In this document: positions 50,910 to 63,010 of the stretch, one piece after another | Layout of the letters: every line of letters starts with the position of its first letter | Numbering within the stretch: position 1 is the first letter of the stretch | NCBI GenBank assembly: GCA_964106645.2 | Contig: OZ067040.1 | Source of the DNA: Podarcis pityusensis | Taxonomy: Eukaryota | Direction: 5' to 3' (one strand) | DNA length: 64,000 nucleotides | Made by a program: the position numbers and the translations under genes | The notes under the pieces: generated by a model | What the model was told of the DNA's origin: nothing | The model's database searches: none | The model's input: only the letters and a program-made list of their open reading frames with translations

Positions 50910-51665
50910 GTATAAGGCATTTTCCCGTGTTCCATCCATACTGACAAACAGAATAGTCAAACAGAAGCAAAGGATGTGGAACATCAAATGAGCACTGTAC
51001 CTTTCAGAGTCTTGTGGTACTCTGACTTTAGCATAAGGGGAGCTTGCATGTGGAATACATTGGCTTTCAGGGTTTATTTTGGGGGGGAGTGGAGGTTGGG
51101 AGGCAGTAGGAGTTACTGCAATTACCCATTATGTTTTTGCAAAAATAGGTATTTATAAGAGACTATCCTGCTCTCTTGCCCTCTAAAATTTTCTCGCCAT
51201 CCTTAATTGTAGGCAGATGCAACCCTATGCATATCTGTTCAGAAGCAATCTGAGCAGGACAAGACTTAGACTTGGGTAGGTGTGTTGCAGCCAGAAAATG
51301 TTTCTATAGATATGGTAAAAATCATGCGTATATCCAGACATATGCTTAGTGGTATCTTCTAGAACAGGGATAGGAAACATATATGGCCATGGCTGCCAAG
51401 ATTTTGTACCTTGGACTGTGCAACACCATGGAGCTGCCATATGGAAACTCACCTGCAGGCCAATTGTTCTGAGAAAAAGAAGGGAGGAAAGCTTTTCTGA
51501 GAGAAAGACCTTGGCAGGCTCAGCGTAGCACATAAGTTGTGTGTTGATTACCTCTCTTCTACTTCAATATGCTTTTCTTTATGAAAACCATACTGACGGT
51601 TTTTAGCACAGCCACAGAATGCTTGGGTTTGATTCCTCTTAACACATGCATCTCGTTTTCACTTT

Positions 51666-51669
<4 letters not shown>

Positions 51670-51701
<32 letters not shown>
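51670..51701. repeat. (CA)n microsatellite
   Basis: Directly visible. Confidence 0.95.
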
Positions 51702-51703
<2 letters not shown>

Positions 51704-52386
51704 GCTCCCAAATCAGTATTTTGACAGCGATGGTGTGTTTGCATAAATTTATTCTGCAATCTTATGGAAACAGTGTCTTAAAACAGAAGTACAGTTGAGA
51801 TTAATTTTCCTGTGGGCTTTCACTAAAATACGATTATGCAGTCAATATGCAGTAAAAGTACAGATGAACAGCTTACCATTATTACATCAAGAAAAGAATA
51901 TGGGCTCTTGAAAGCAGGACTATTCATTTATTCTTTAGTCTTCTGACACATTCGTGCTGTCCCTTATGTGCCTCTTGTCTTCAATTTGCTTGTAGGCCAC
52001 AAAAGAAATGATGGCCACAAGGTGCCTTCAGATTCTTAAGGAATTGTCTGGGGTTTACAACTCAGCCTTCTTTTCATATGGACCCAATACTTCCCCAGGA
52101 TATGTGCAAAACTGATGATCCAATAAGAGTCCTTAGGAATTCACTTAGAAATTTAACTGGATCTTTGGTAGCTAACAACTTGATTCAGGAGTTGTTGAAA
52201 TGCACCTGGGGTGAAAGACTAGCCAATGTTTGCATAGATTTTCAAGACTTAGTTTTGGAAGTAGGAGATTACATTTAATAGGACTTAGGCACATGAGTGA
52301 AATCTGGACAGGTATCCCATAAGTACTAATTTATAATCCTTTAACTGTAATGGTGGAATCATACAAGGGGAGGGGATTTTGTAGGC

Positions 52387-52530
52387 CAGGTGTTGGGAAC
52401 CTTTGGCCTTCCAGATGTTGCCAAACTACAACTCCCATCAGCCCCAGCAAGCATGGCCAATGGCTAAGGTAAATGGGAGTTGTAGTTTGGCAACATCTGG
52501 AGGGCAGGGCCAAATGTTCCCCACATTTTG
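52387..52530. mobile_element. hAT-type palindromic MITE copy
   Basis: 'ccagatgttgccaaactacaactcccat...atgggagttgtagtttggcaacatctgg' long internal inverted repeat. Confidence 0.85.
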
Positions 52531-53104
52531 CTATCTGAGGTGAAAGACAGGAGGTTTATCCCTCCACAAGTCCATGTACAGAAGCTTTGGGGGCAGAAAG
52601 TCAACTGTCATTTGACTTTTAATTCAACACTGACTGTGTTTTCTACTTGAGGGAAACAGTCTAGCTTCTAAGGTGGAGCACAGGCTGTGTGAAGTGGTGC
52701 CATCATCACAGAAGTCGAGGGCCCTACTCTGGGGAATGAGCAGGCGTGGCTCCCAAATGTAGCAGGACTGGCTTACCACATTTTGAAGTATGTCTGCTAC
52801 CATCTATTAATTAAATGCAGAGATTAGAATTCCTTAAATTCACTACTGGCTATGTGGCAAACACAACTCTGTTCTCTAGCCCCTTGTGCCACTCACAGTC
52901 TCTACCATCTGTTGCCTGAGGTGACTGCTTGACTCTGCCAAATGGTAGGGCCAGCCTTGCCTGAACTCTCCTTTTCCCACCTTGATCAACTATAAGCACC
53001 TGCACCCTACTGTTAACTCCCAGATATTCTTTGCACTGGACAGAGTAAGACTAGATAGGCATCAGGTGTGGTGTGCATGATTGCCCCATCTTCATGTGTA
53101 ACAG

Positions 53105-53247
53105 AAATGGCTGGTCGTAATTCAAAACTGGCACATCAAGCCTGTGAAAGACCTGGAAACATTAGAAGCGTTGCCCTCACCTGGAGCGTCCAATTTGGCA
53201 AAGAACCTACAGCAGCTAATAGCCAGTGGAAGAATTTGTTTCATATG
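53105..53247 (+). CDS. Candidate internal exon (143 nt), phase-compatible with 50315-50441
   Basis: Modest acceptor 'ccccatcttcatgtgtaacag|', strong donor ATG|GTAAGT, open in the required frame (EMAGRNSKLAHQACERPGNIRSVALTWSVQFGKEPTAANSQWKNLFHM). Confidence 0.3.
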
Positions 53248-56112
53248 GTAAGTAATTCACGTTGCCTACAAGGTTAACAAAGGATTATACTTTCATCTTC
53301 AGTTTAAGTGACTTAAATTCTTGAACATATAAAACTATATGGAATACAGACTTTTACTGGAGAAAAGAGATCTCATTGCTGGGGACATGTGGAGCGGCAG
53401 CTGGTTTGTTTATGGCTTTTGTGTTTTTATCTCAAAGTGTGAGGTTGCGTTTTATGAGTTAAGTGAAATGTTGGATGAGAATAACGGAGCAGAGACATAC
53501 AGACCCCCCCCCCACCTCAGTGTGTTTAAAGTTTAAAATTCCTAATGTCATTTCCCCAGCAACTATGATGAATATTTTATATAAATTACTCATTATTGGG
53601 CAGGAGAGACACCTTAAGAGGATGGAATGTTATAAGGAACAGCTCTAGAAAACCCTGAGACATTTCTATATGCTTTAGATGGTTCCTTAAATAATTAGCA
53701 AATATAGGTTGTGTTTTTCATAATCTGTTGTGTAGCGTTTCATGCCTCGTTTACCTATAGGGCCATGCATACAATTGTTGTAGACAAAGCATATATTTAG
53801 GAATACAAAGCCCCTATGTGCATAGAACTGGAGCAAGGCATCTGTTGTTGGGGTTGCTCTGTTTTGGAAATTGATGCCAGCTCTTGGGTCATTGCCCATA
53901 AATATTTGCAAGTGTTTGGCGAGCATCCGCTTGCACTTTAATGGATGCTTCCCGTCTTTGCATGATAATGGTAGTAGCACTACTTTGGATCACTGGATGA
54001 ATAAATGAAAAACAGAGATAAACAAGGGTTGCTTTTCAAGTTGCTATTTAAAAAGAGATCAACCTCCCAGGGCTGTTTCTTTTCACGTCAATGGAATTGA
54101 TGCTCAAGGAAGGTTTTCATTCCCTTCTCTTCCTCCCTGCAGCCACTGTGATCTCCCCCAAAGCCTCTCCAGAGTGAACTGGGAGGGTCTCCTGAACAAT
54201 GTGGGATAGGATAGGACACAGAAGTGGGGGCTGCTGGGAAGGAAAGGATAGGTGACTACTTATGCATTGCCAAAAAAGGAGGAAATGCATCATAAATAAA
54301 GATGGGGGCGGGGAGCGCAAACAGATTTGCATAGAATTTGCATATGCTATTATAGACATATACAATGTAAAAATAATCCAAAGAGAACTAACAACTTCAT
54401 CCACAGAGGGGGGGAAACTGTGATTAGGTGAACTATAGACCTGCTTTGTCTGCTCTCTGTGTAGATTAACCACTGATGGGGACCTTTCATTCCATTAACT
54501 AGACTCCTAAACCTACTTACCCGAGAGGAAGCCCCATTGAACTCGGTGGGGCTTACTTATGAGTAAGTTAAGACATGTATATGACTACTTCAGTAACACT
54601 GTACTTTGTGAATAAATAACACATGTGAACAGGGGCTCTCAGGGCTCCCGAGAGGCTCAGTCCCTTCCCATAATAAAAATTTAAAAATGACAAAACAAAA
54701 AACAAAAAGCTGTTTACTTCAACCTCAAAGTAAGAAATAAAACTGATCCACACAAGAGTAATTTGTGAGAATTAAACACGCAGATTGAATGTTGAATGTC
54801 TTTTACCAAATCACATCCCTTCTTTGCTTGCATTTGCAGCTATGACAGTGTCACGTTTGGGCTAGATGTGCATAAGAAGACATTGTAAATCTTATCAAAT
54901 GCCAAAAAAATAACAAGCATCTTCATTTGAGCCCCCTTTTGAGATGATGCCCTGGGTCCAAACAGCCCTGTAGTGCCCTACCCCACCCCAAAAGGCCCTG
55001 CATATAAGCCTTTGCAGAAGTTGGCCTCTGACATGTTATAAGTAACTGAGTTGTTATTTGCTATCCATCTTGCACAGTGTGTGATGATACTGTCACTTTA
55101 AGTGGATTCTGCAAGTTATTAATATGTATAAGAATAACACACAATCATAATCATGTAGCAGCCTTGTTTATTTGGACAAGGTTCAGTAGATTCTGTATGG
55201 GAAACCTGCAGATTTTTATGCAAACTAAATACAGTTTAACTATCAAAATCATTATAACTAGGCCAGATGCTATGGCTGCCTGTTTTGGCACTTTGTCCTC
55301 TCCCCTTGGCCCAAGTGTATCCATATGAGCTACGTGTTATCAGGTAAATAATTTAAGTAGAAGAATCAGTTATGAACAGAATAAACGCATTAACTGTTTT
55401 ATCCAACAACCCTCCGTCCCGACTCTTGTGCTTGATATATGAAAAGCGTGGGGCGAACCCTTTTACTTCACTTTCATTTCATTAAACTCAATTGCAAAAA
55501 TCTGTGCTTTAGTCTGATAAATTCCGGTAGATGTTTTCCAAAATTGAATTAGAACAATAAGCAGCTTAATGACAAAATGTTTTATTTCCTTTCTTATTTG
55601 AAAATTATAGCTGATATAACTGAATCTCATGTGATAGTTTATTAATTCTTCACTGGGCTTTCAAGACTAGGAATTGTTTTTAATCTTCTTGGTGTAAAAA
55701 GTAGTATCATTCTTTTTTTCTTCTCCCACTAACCACCACAAAAGGTTGGGAGTAGGTCATTGGACTGGGCTGATGCATTCTGATAAGAAAGTCTGTTTGG
55801 CACCAGGAAGATTATTTTGTTCTTGATTAGTTGAGCCATCTGGGACACTTGTCTATACAAGTGTATAGGAATGTGGGATGGTTAAGTGACGATTTGAGTG
55901 CCATGTAATGCACATCTGACTTGCATGGTCTGAACTGGAAACATCTGGAAATTAGTGCAGTTATGATGCTCAGAACTGTATCATCTGTGTGGGAAAAGGA
56001 CAGTTTAACGCACTGTAAAAGAAGAAGAAGAGGGGTATCTAAAAATTCCATTATTGATGGTGGGATCAGGCGCGGTAGAATGTTGGAAATAAAGTAACAT
56101 CCATGCATTCCT

Positions 56113-56607
56113 ATAGCCATAGGTCAGTGGTAGAGCATGAGTTTTACATGCAAAATATAGGGCTAGGAGAGACTCCTGTCTGAACCCTAGATAACTTCTG
56201 TCAATCAGTGTAGAGCAGGGAGCGTGAGTGTGTTACCTGTGGATGCCTATGGAAGGTCTTGGTAAATATTACCTCAAAAATTCACAATGCATGATAGATC
56301 TTTTGGTTTTCCTGTTCAGAGATTCTGTCTGTAAGCAAGTGCAGCAGTGGCTGATATAGGTGCTTCCCCCTTCCAACTGATAGTGAGTTACATACCTGCA
56401 CCATTTTGTGGTTCTATTTTTCTGCTCTTTTAGACATGGTAATCATTTTGTGTTAGGCCATGTCCCCACAGTAGCTGTGACGGGCACCCATGATACTTTA
56501 TCAAAATTCCAACTGTGTCTGCTGACTCCAAAAGGTTACATAGAAAAGAGAACTGAGCTAGATAGACCAACAGTCTGACTTGGGAAAAGACAACTTTCTG
56601 TGTTCCC
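56113..56607 (+). mobile_element. tRNA-derived SINE interrupted by a hAT-like insert (about 56216-56538)
   Basis: Head 'gtcagtggtagagcatg...ttttacatgca', body up to 'tcagtgtagag|caggg', tail resumes 'actgagctagatagaccaacagtctgacttggg...tgtgttcc'. Confidence 0.75.
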
Positions 56608-57547
56608 TTTCCAGTAAATATATTTTATGATATTTGTGCCAGTAGACAAAAGAGGTACATCTATTAATAGGATACTGATAGGTATGGTCTAGGTCACAAC
56701 CCAGAGAGTATCTTTAAAAGCTCTGAAAGCTCATTTGCTTTTGTGTATTTTCATTCATCCAAGCCTTCTTTGGAATTTAACTTGTTCTCCTTCTTTTGCT
56801 GAACTCATTGCAACAGTCTATTGTCAGTATCCACCTCTGCTTCCTTCACTTTTTTATGGTTGGCAAGCTTCTCCCAGACCCTGTTTTAGGAGATCCTTCC
56901 CCACCACTACCCAATTATGCTTTAATCTATTTCCAAACAAATATCTTCAGGATCTGAGGCAAGAACTCTGCATGCTTCCTACTCAAAGCAGTGATGGATG
57001 TTACATACTTAACATGTTCATTACATTTCAAAACCTTCACTAATTGAAACAGCTCCTGAAACTTTCTTCCAGGGTATAATAAATGCTAGGATTTATCTGA
57101 AGCTTTATATTTTAATCCATTCTTGGTCTCATTGACTGTTTGACCTTCCTGAGAGATGCTGCAATTGCTGCCAAGGTCAAGCAGGCAGGAGGGACTCTCA
57201 CATGAGACATGCCACAAGATAAACAAAGAGAGGATTACTCTGTAAGACCAGCACAATTCTCTAAAAGGTCATATTTTATGTTGAATAAAAAGACAGCATG
57301 GGCACTGCTTGCAAGGAGCGTTCAAAGAGCACTTTAAAGCATTTTTACACTTTTAGAGGGGAAATACTTATTCACAGACATCACAAACCAGGTTCTAAAT
57401 CCAAATTCCAGGAACAAGCTCATAATCTAAGATTTCAATTCCATTTGCCAGCTCTTCTTGACACATCACAGCCTTTTCCTAACTTGCCAGCATCCCAACC
57501 CTCTGAGTTTCACCTTTGTGTGTATGTCCATAAATTATTTCTACCTA

Positions 57548-57788
57548 CAGTGGTACCTCCGGTTACAAACTTAATTCATTCCGGAGGTCCATTCTCAACC
57601 CAAAACCGCTCGTAACATGAGGTCGCTTTCGCTAATGCTGCCTCCTGCTGCTGCTGTGCTGCCGGTGCGCGACTTTCGCTCACATCCCGGGGCAAAGGTC
57701 GCAACTGGGAGCATCTACTTTCGGGTTAGCAGAGCTCGTAACCTGCAGCGTTTGCAAGGGGGACGGTACGTAACACAAGGTTCCACAG
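57548..57788. mobile_element. Tc1/mariner MITE
   Basis: TA|cagtggtacctc...aaggttccacag|TA, homologous to 23447-23689. Confidence 0.88.
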
Positions 57789-57869
57789 TATTTTCAAATG
57801 ATGACACTGCGGTATTTCACGATTAACTCAAATTAAATTGTGTGTATGTATGCATTTCAGTTAAAAAAA

Positions 57870-58245
57870 TTCTTTTTTATATAAATTTATTTATTTGGTT
57901 TTTCAGATTAAAATTTACAATCACATATCCAATATATAACATAGAAACAAGATTCCAAAGAATCTTCCAGACTTCTCTCCTCCCCTTTGTGGCTCCTATT
58001 GTTAATAATTTCCTCCTGCATCTTTTATAATAATCCAAATCTTTTAACTCTCAACTGTGTCCAAAATTCACCATTAAACCAAAAGTGTTTTTCCAATTCT
58101 ACTAATAATTTTAACTGTTTACAATGGTTTTTAAGATAGATTATAATTTTTCCCCATTCCTTATTAAAATTTTGGTCTTCCTGATTTCTGATTCTTCCAG
58201 TCATTTTAGCATAATCCATCAACTTGATCTGCCATTCCTCAGCAA
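57870..58245 (-). mobile_element. L1 LINE 3' fragment
   Basis: EEWQIKLMDYAKMTGRIRNQEDQNFNKEWGKIIIYLK resembles the lizard L1 ORF2 C-terminus. A-rich tail with AATAAA on the minus strand near 57870-57900. Confidence 0.75.
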
Positions 58246-59005
58246 AAATATTTCCAAGAGACGTTTTGTTTGAAGGCATATAGTTTACCCACACGACTAC
58301 CTTTAGGATCAAGGTGCTAGATCTATTTTAGACTTTTTTTTTAACGTGGAGTTTTGTGCGTTTTAAGATTCACAATCTGCTTCAAAGGCATTGCCAAGAA
58401 GTAGGGCAAGAATGGACAGCTAGTGTAGAATGGTGGCTAAGAGACTTCTGGTTTGAATGTGTTGTGAAATCCATAGAGGTGCTTCCAGATGTGTATTTAT
58501 TGTGAGATCAGTGGCAGACCTTGGCATCTCAAATTTCAGTGGCACCCTGTGTAACACCAAAATCTGGCACCCTATGCCTCTCAATTTCTGTTGGACGTTG
58601 TAGTTGTGGCAACTGCTGCAGTGCCCCAGAAGCTCCCCTAAATCTGCGTTTGGTAAGATCAGTGCTTCTCATGCAGGCAAGGGTGGGTTTTTTCTCTCAA
58701 TCCACACAACATTGTTGGCATCAGAATACCACTCCCTCCCCAATTTAATACAGATCTATCCTTTCCATAGGAAACCCCTTAACTAAAAAAAAAAATCTGT
58801 TGCCATTGACCCACTTGTGATATATGGATGACCTGGCGACTTCCAGTCACCATCTGAAAGAACTCAAAGTGGTGTTAGGCAATACCCACTCCCAGCAGTA
58901 TTTGCAGAATGGGGGAATAATACTACTGATGCACCTTATGGGGTTGTTGCAAGAATTACAACTAGATAGGCATATGAAGTGCTTTGAACCCAGGAAAGTA
59001 CTATA

Positions 59006-59230
59006 CAGTCATACCTCGGAAGTTGAACAGAATCTGTTCCGGAAGTCCGTTCAACTTCTGAAATGTTTGACTTCCAAAGTTCCTGCAGCCAATCAGAAGA
59101 CACGGAAGCCCCATCAGACATTTGGCTTCCAAAAGAATGTTCAAAAACAGGAACATTCACTTTCGGTTTTCGATCGTTTGGGAGCTGGAACATTCGACTT
59201 CCAAGGCATTCGGGAGCTGAGGTACGACTG
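59006..59230. mobile_element. Tc1/mariner MITE (different subfamily)
   Basis: TA|cagtcatacctc...gaggtacgactg|TA. Confidence 0.88.
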
Positions 59231-60993
59231 TACAAATACTACCTAGTACAATTCCCTCTACTTCTAATGTTTAGGCTGTGTGTTCTGTTACTTATGTAGG
59301 CAAAACATTGCACCCATGCACAAGAGGAAGGTATCAGCAGGCTAGGGGGAACCCCAATGCTTACAAAAATACAAAAAATCCTGGTGAACACTTTCTTAAA
59401 GTGGAGAACCCCCAAAATTGTCCAATGGGATTGGAGAATGCTCTGGAGCCTTGGAATGCTGATACAGGAGGCACAGAAAACCAGGACAGGGAGACAGAAT
59501 AGAGCGACTAGAATCCTGAATTGTAGAACTCCACACTGCAACATTTTATTAAGTCGTTGAAATTGAACCATCCATCATTTTTCCATGTTTCTCCTGACGC
59601 ACTGACCATACTACAGTTCTTCTGCCAGAATCCAGCTTCAGGACCATATGGAATCTAATCAGGCTCACCTATCTCTCCCTGGCTTATTCCAGTCACAGTT
59701 GTACATAGCTTTGCATTGTTGAGGAAGCTGCGGGGAGGTAGCACCTTTGCTGTCAAGCTTTGAAGCAAAAGTATTACAAAAACCCTGAATGCTGCATACT
59801 TAGGCAAGCAGCACATCATTCCTCCCGCTAACCTTTTAAGAGAAGATCCATGATTTAGCATACAAAACGGATTACCTTTCACCCCAATTAATGTTATAAT
59901 AATGAGTACCAAAGGCAGAAATAATCTTTTGCCACTTATTATAAAGTGTTGCCAGCACAATCCCTTAAATTCAAGGCGTAGGTCATCAGCAGCTCTGACA
60001 CAGTGGCAATCACACAGCTGAGGTTTACACCCTCCCAAAGTTTTTAAATAAAATGGGTCAATTTAATTTCCGGCGCTATCGGTATGGCGCTTGGAATAGT
60101 GAAGCTCAAGAGTTGGAAATAGCTAGAGGTCTCTCAAATCTGTTGAAAGTCGCACACAAAGTTTCAGGCTTAAAATGTTATGGTTTTCCCCCTTTAAAAA
60201 AAAGTAATAAAGAGTATTTAGTAAAGAGCATTTAGCCTTGAAACAGAATGGGGACAGCTTAGGAGGTAAAATTAACAACAGCTTGAGCTTTCGTAAACCC
60301 CTTGCAGTGGTTTAAAGGACCCATGGTAAATATTCTTCTCCAATTCCATTTTCAAGCTTGCCAAGTCAATTCCTGTTGTGCTCTCACAAGCACCGGGAAG
60401 GATTGTACAGCCATTATCCCCGTTGACACAGTCTTTTTGTCCTGTGCAATTCTAAACAACACACACACAGACAGAGGCATCATTTTAATTGTTTGGCTTA
60501 ATCTGATCCCCAGCCTCCTTTGCATTTTTTATCGCTACTGTTATTTATCTAATGAGTAATTATACTTGAGGGGGGAAAATAATGTTGGACGGCAAGCAGA
60601 CACAGAGGGATACCTTAAATGCATTGACATATTGAAGCAAGGCTTTTAAGGAATGCCCTTGGACTTTCTCATAAAGGAACAATTAGGCTGCCATTGGAGA
60701 GTCAGACTCCAAAGCAGAGGCATATTAGCCTCAAGCAGGAGTTCAGCAGTCAAGCCCGCACTCCCTTTGCTAATAAAAGGAATGCTGCTGCTTCAGAATA
60801 TCCTGCAGTGAAGTAAAGAATTCTATAAAGGACAGCAGCTGCCCCATGCCCACTTGGCATCTCCAACAACTGACATTGTGTGGATTCAAGCCCCAAAGCC
60901 TGTCCTCCGTTCCAGGGCTCAGTTTGGGAGCGTATGAAGAAACAATAAAAACACATGTTAATGTGTCACTTATCCCAGCACTTTTCTCTAAGG

Positions 60994-61162
60994 CAGTGGT
61001 TCCTATCTGGTGGTCTGCAGAACCTAGGGGGTCTGCATAAGCCACCCAAGGGGTCCAGGGCACCATTCACATAACAAAAAGCTACCATAGAGATATGGAA
61101 AGTTGGGGCTTAGCTTTTGAAAAAGAGGGGGTCTGCAGTACTTAGCTAATTGGGAACCACTG
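60994..61162. mobile_element. hAT (Charlie/Buster-like) non-autonomous element
   Basis: TIR cagtggttcc...ggaaccactg with TSD CTCTAAGG/CTCTAAAG. Confidence 0.85.
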
Positions 61163-61243
61163 CTCTAAAGTAAGGATGGACCCTATGATGATGATGACGA
61201 TGATTTAAAACCCCTCAGCTAGTTGTTTGTGAATGATCTAAAC

Positions 61244-61430
61244 CAGTCTTTCTAACCAGGTGCCCTATAGATGTTTTGGATAGGGGCGACTCTTTTTTCA
61301 GCCAGAACTGAGTTCCGGCATCTCTTGGGGAGGCATTCATGGTGAGTTCTGAAACCTCTTTTTCCAGAAAAATAGCACTCTTTGGGACTACAATTCCCAC
61401 CAGCCCCAGCCAGCATGCAGGGAAAGGCTG
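61244..61430. mobile_element. hAT MITE containing a nested second element (about 61281-61380)
   Basis: TIR cagtctttc...gaaaggctg, TSD ATCTAAAC/GTCTAAAC. The core 'gatgttttgga[insert]tttgggactacaattccc' is split by a fragment ending 'gaaaaatagcact'. Confidence 0.75.
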
Positions 61431-62769
61431 GTCTAAACTATTTGAAATGCAACCAATAAGTTGTGGTAACCTTCCTCTCCAACTTGTGTCCAATGTCACA
61501 GAGCACACAAAAATGTCAGGTGAATGCTATTGATGGACTGAAAATGCATCATTTGGCACTTCTATTTTGTCTCTATTTAGTGAAATGTAAAAGCATTCTA
61601 TCAGTTTCTTACTTCCAGTTCCCATCTCCTCTGCTGGTTGTAAACCATTGCAGAGGTCATTTTTTAAAAAGTGGGCCTTTTGCTCCCTGGCAGGCCTTTT
61701 GAATCTTAGCCTTCAAGTTTTATCTTACCCGGTCAGCATTATTAACTACATCAATGACTGCTGCTGTTTTCCTTTGCTATTGCAGTGAAACCTGAGCTAC
61801 TAATTGCAGTGAGCTAATTTGGCAGTGGTATATGCACTTCCTTGAAGGCATTAGTTAAAGTCTATACCTTTCTGTGCACAAAGAGTGCTTAAAAGAGAAA
61901 GCATACTGCCAGGGCAGCAAAAAGACCAACCCCTGTACCTTAATACCTAATAACATATCCTATAATTACCTGGAAATGGGGATGGATAGATTGCAGCAAA
62001 TGGCAGGAGAGCCCGTACCTTCTGCAGTGGCACAGCTCTGTAAAAATTGTAGGTACAATATTTATGTTTAAGGATGTGCATTGGATATACACCGGACTCC
62101 TGATGAACAAGGCAATCTGTATCACTTTAGGTTTGTTGGTTGGTTTAATTAGATTCTCCTCTGTCTTCAAGGCACCATATAGTGCTGTTGCAGCAATAGT
62201 GACTTAGTGTTTCCTTATTAAATAAGCGGACTCATTTCCTCATCCACCTCCCCAGCTTCTGTTAAGGAGAGAGTAGATAGTTGAGTTTTAACAAACCTCT
62301 CAGAGCAAATTGCATAACATGTTAGCCAAAACAATTTCAGGGACAGCTGTTTGCTCAGGCTCTGCTGTGGAATGTACTCAAATGATTTGCACTCCATTGA
62401 TGAGCAACTTCTGTACCCTGTTTCAGTAAGGGCAGCCTGCTGATGGCTCAGCTGTTGGACTGGCTCTTCTCCACTACACCCACCCAATAGGGCTGTGGTC
62501 ATCTTTGCAGCACGCTGCTCTCTCCTTAGGGTGTGAGGCAGGGCTCAGCGTTGCTGGGCACCTACTGAGGCCCACACCCCAGATGCAAGTCCTCTGACTC
62601 TGCTCTTCTTTGTCCTTCACATCTCTCTCTGTCCATCTGCGCTGTATGAGCATTGGGTAGAACAAGAGAAATGAGTGCAAGCCTCCATTTGGCTTCTCTT
62701 TCTAGGTAGAAATGTGGATTGGACGCCAGGGGAAATGGCAGTTGACTGGTCAGTGGCAAGAGTGGCGAG

Positions 62770-63010
62770 AAAGAGGAGGGTCTTTATATGGTTCAGATGC
62801 ATGGCTTGTATCCACCAGAAGCCATGCATTCATTGTTGTGGGTCTGATTCTGTGGAACGGCCTTCTGGCTGAGATCTGTCAAGCCCCCTGCATTCTGAGT
62901 TTCAGATGCTTGAACAATACCTTACTATTTCAGCAAGCATCTTAAGGACAGTTTTCTGCTTTTATGATGATTTTGAATTGATCATATCCTCTGTATGACT
63001 TTGGTAATTT
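62770..63010 (+). mobile_element. L2 LINE 3' fragment
   Basis: TRSHAFIVVGLILWNGLLAEICQAPCILSFRCLNNTLLFQQAS resembles the L2 C-terminus. Confidence 0.8.

Larger units (their letters stand above)
50480..50935 (+). mobile_element. tRNA-derived SINE interrupted by two hAT MITEs
   Basis: Head 'tagctcagtgagagagcac...ggttccaggttcaatt'. The tail resumes as 'tagacaatact...gtataagg' and 'gtataaggcattttcccgtgttcc' after the inserts. Confidence 0.8.

Noticed and set aside
58824-59246. 140-aa ORF
   Set aside because: Half of it runs through the mariner MITE 59006-59230 and it shows no transposase motifs.
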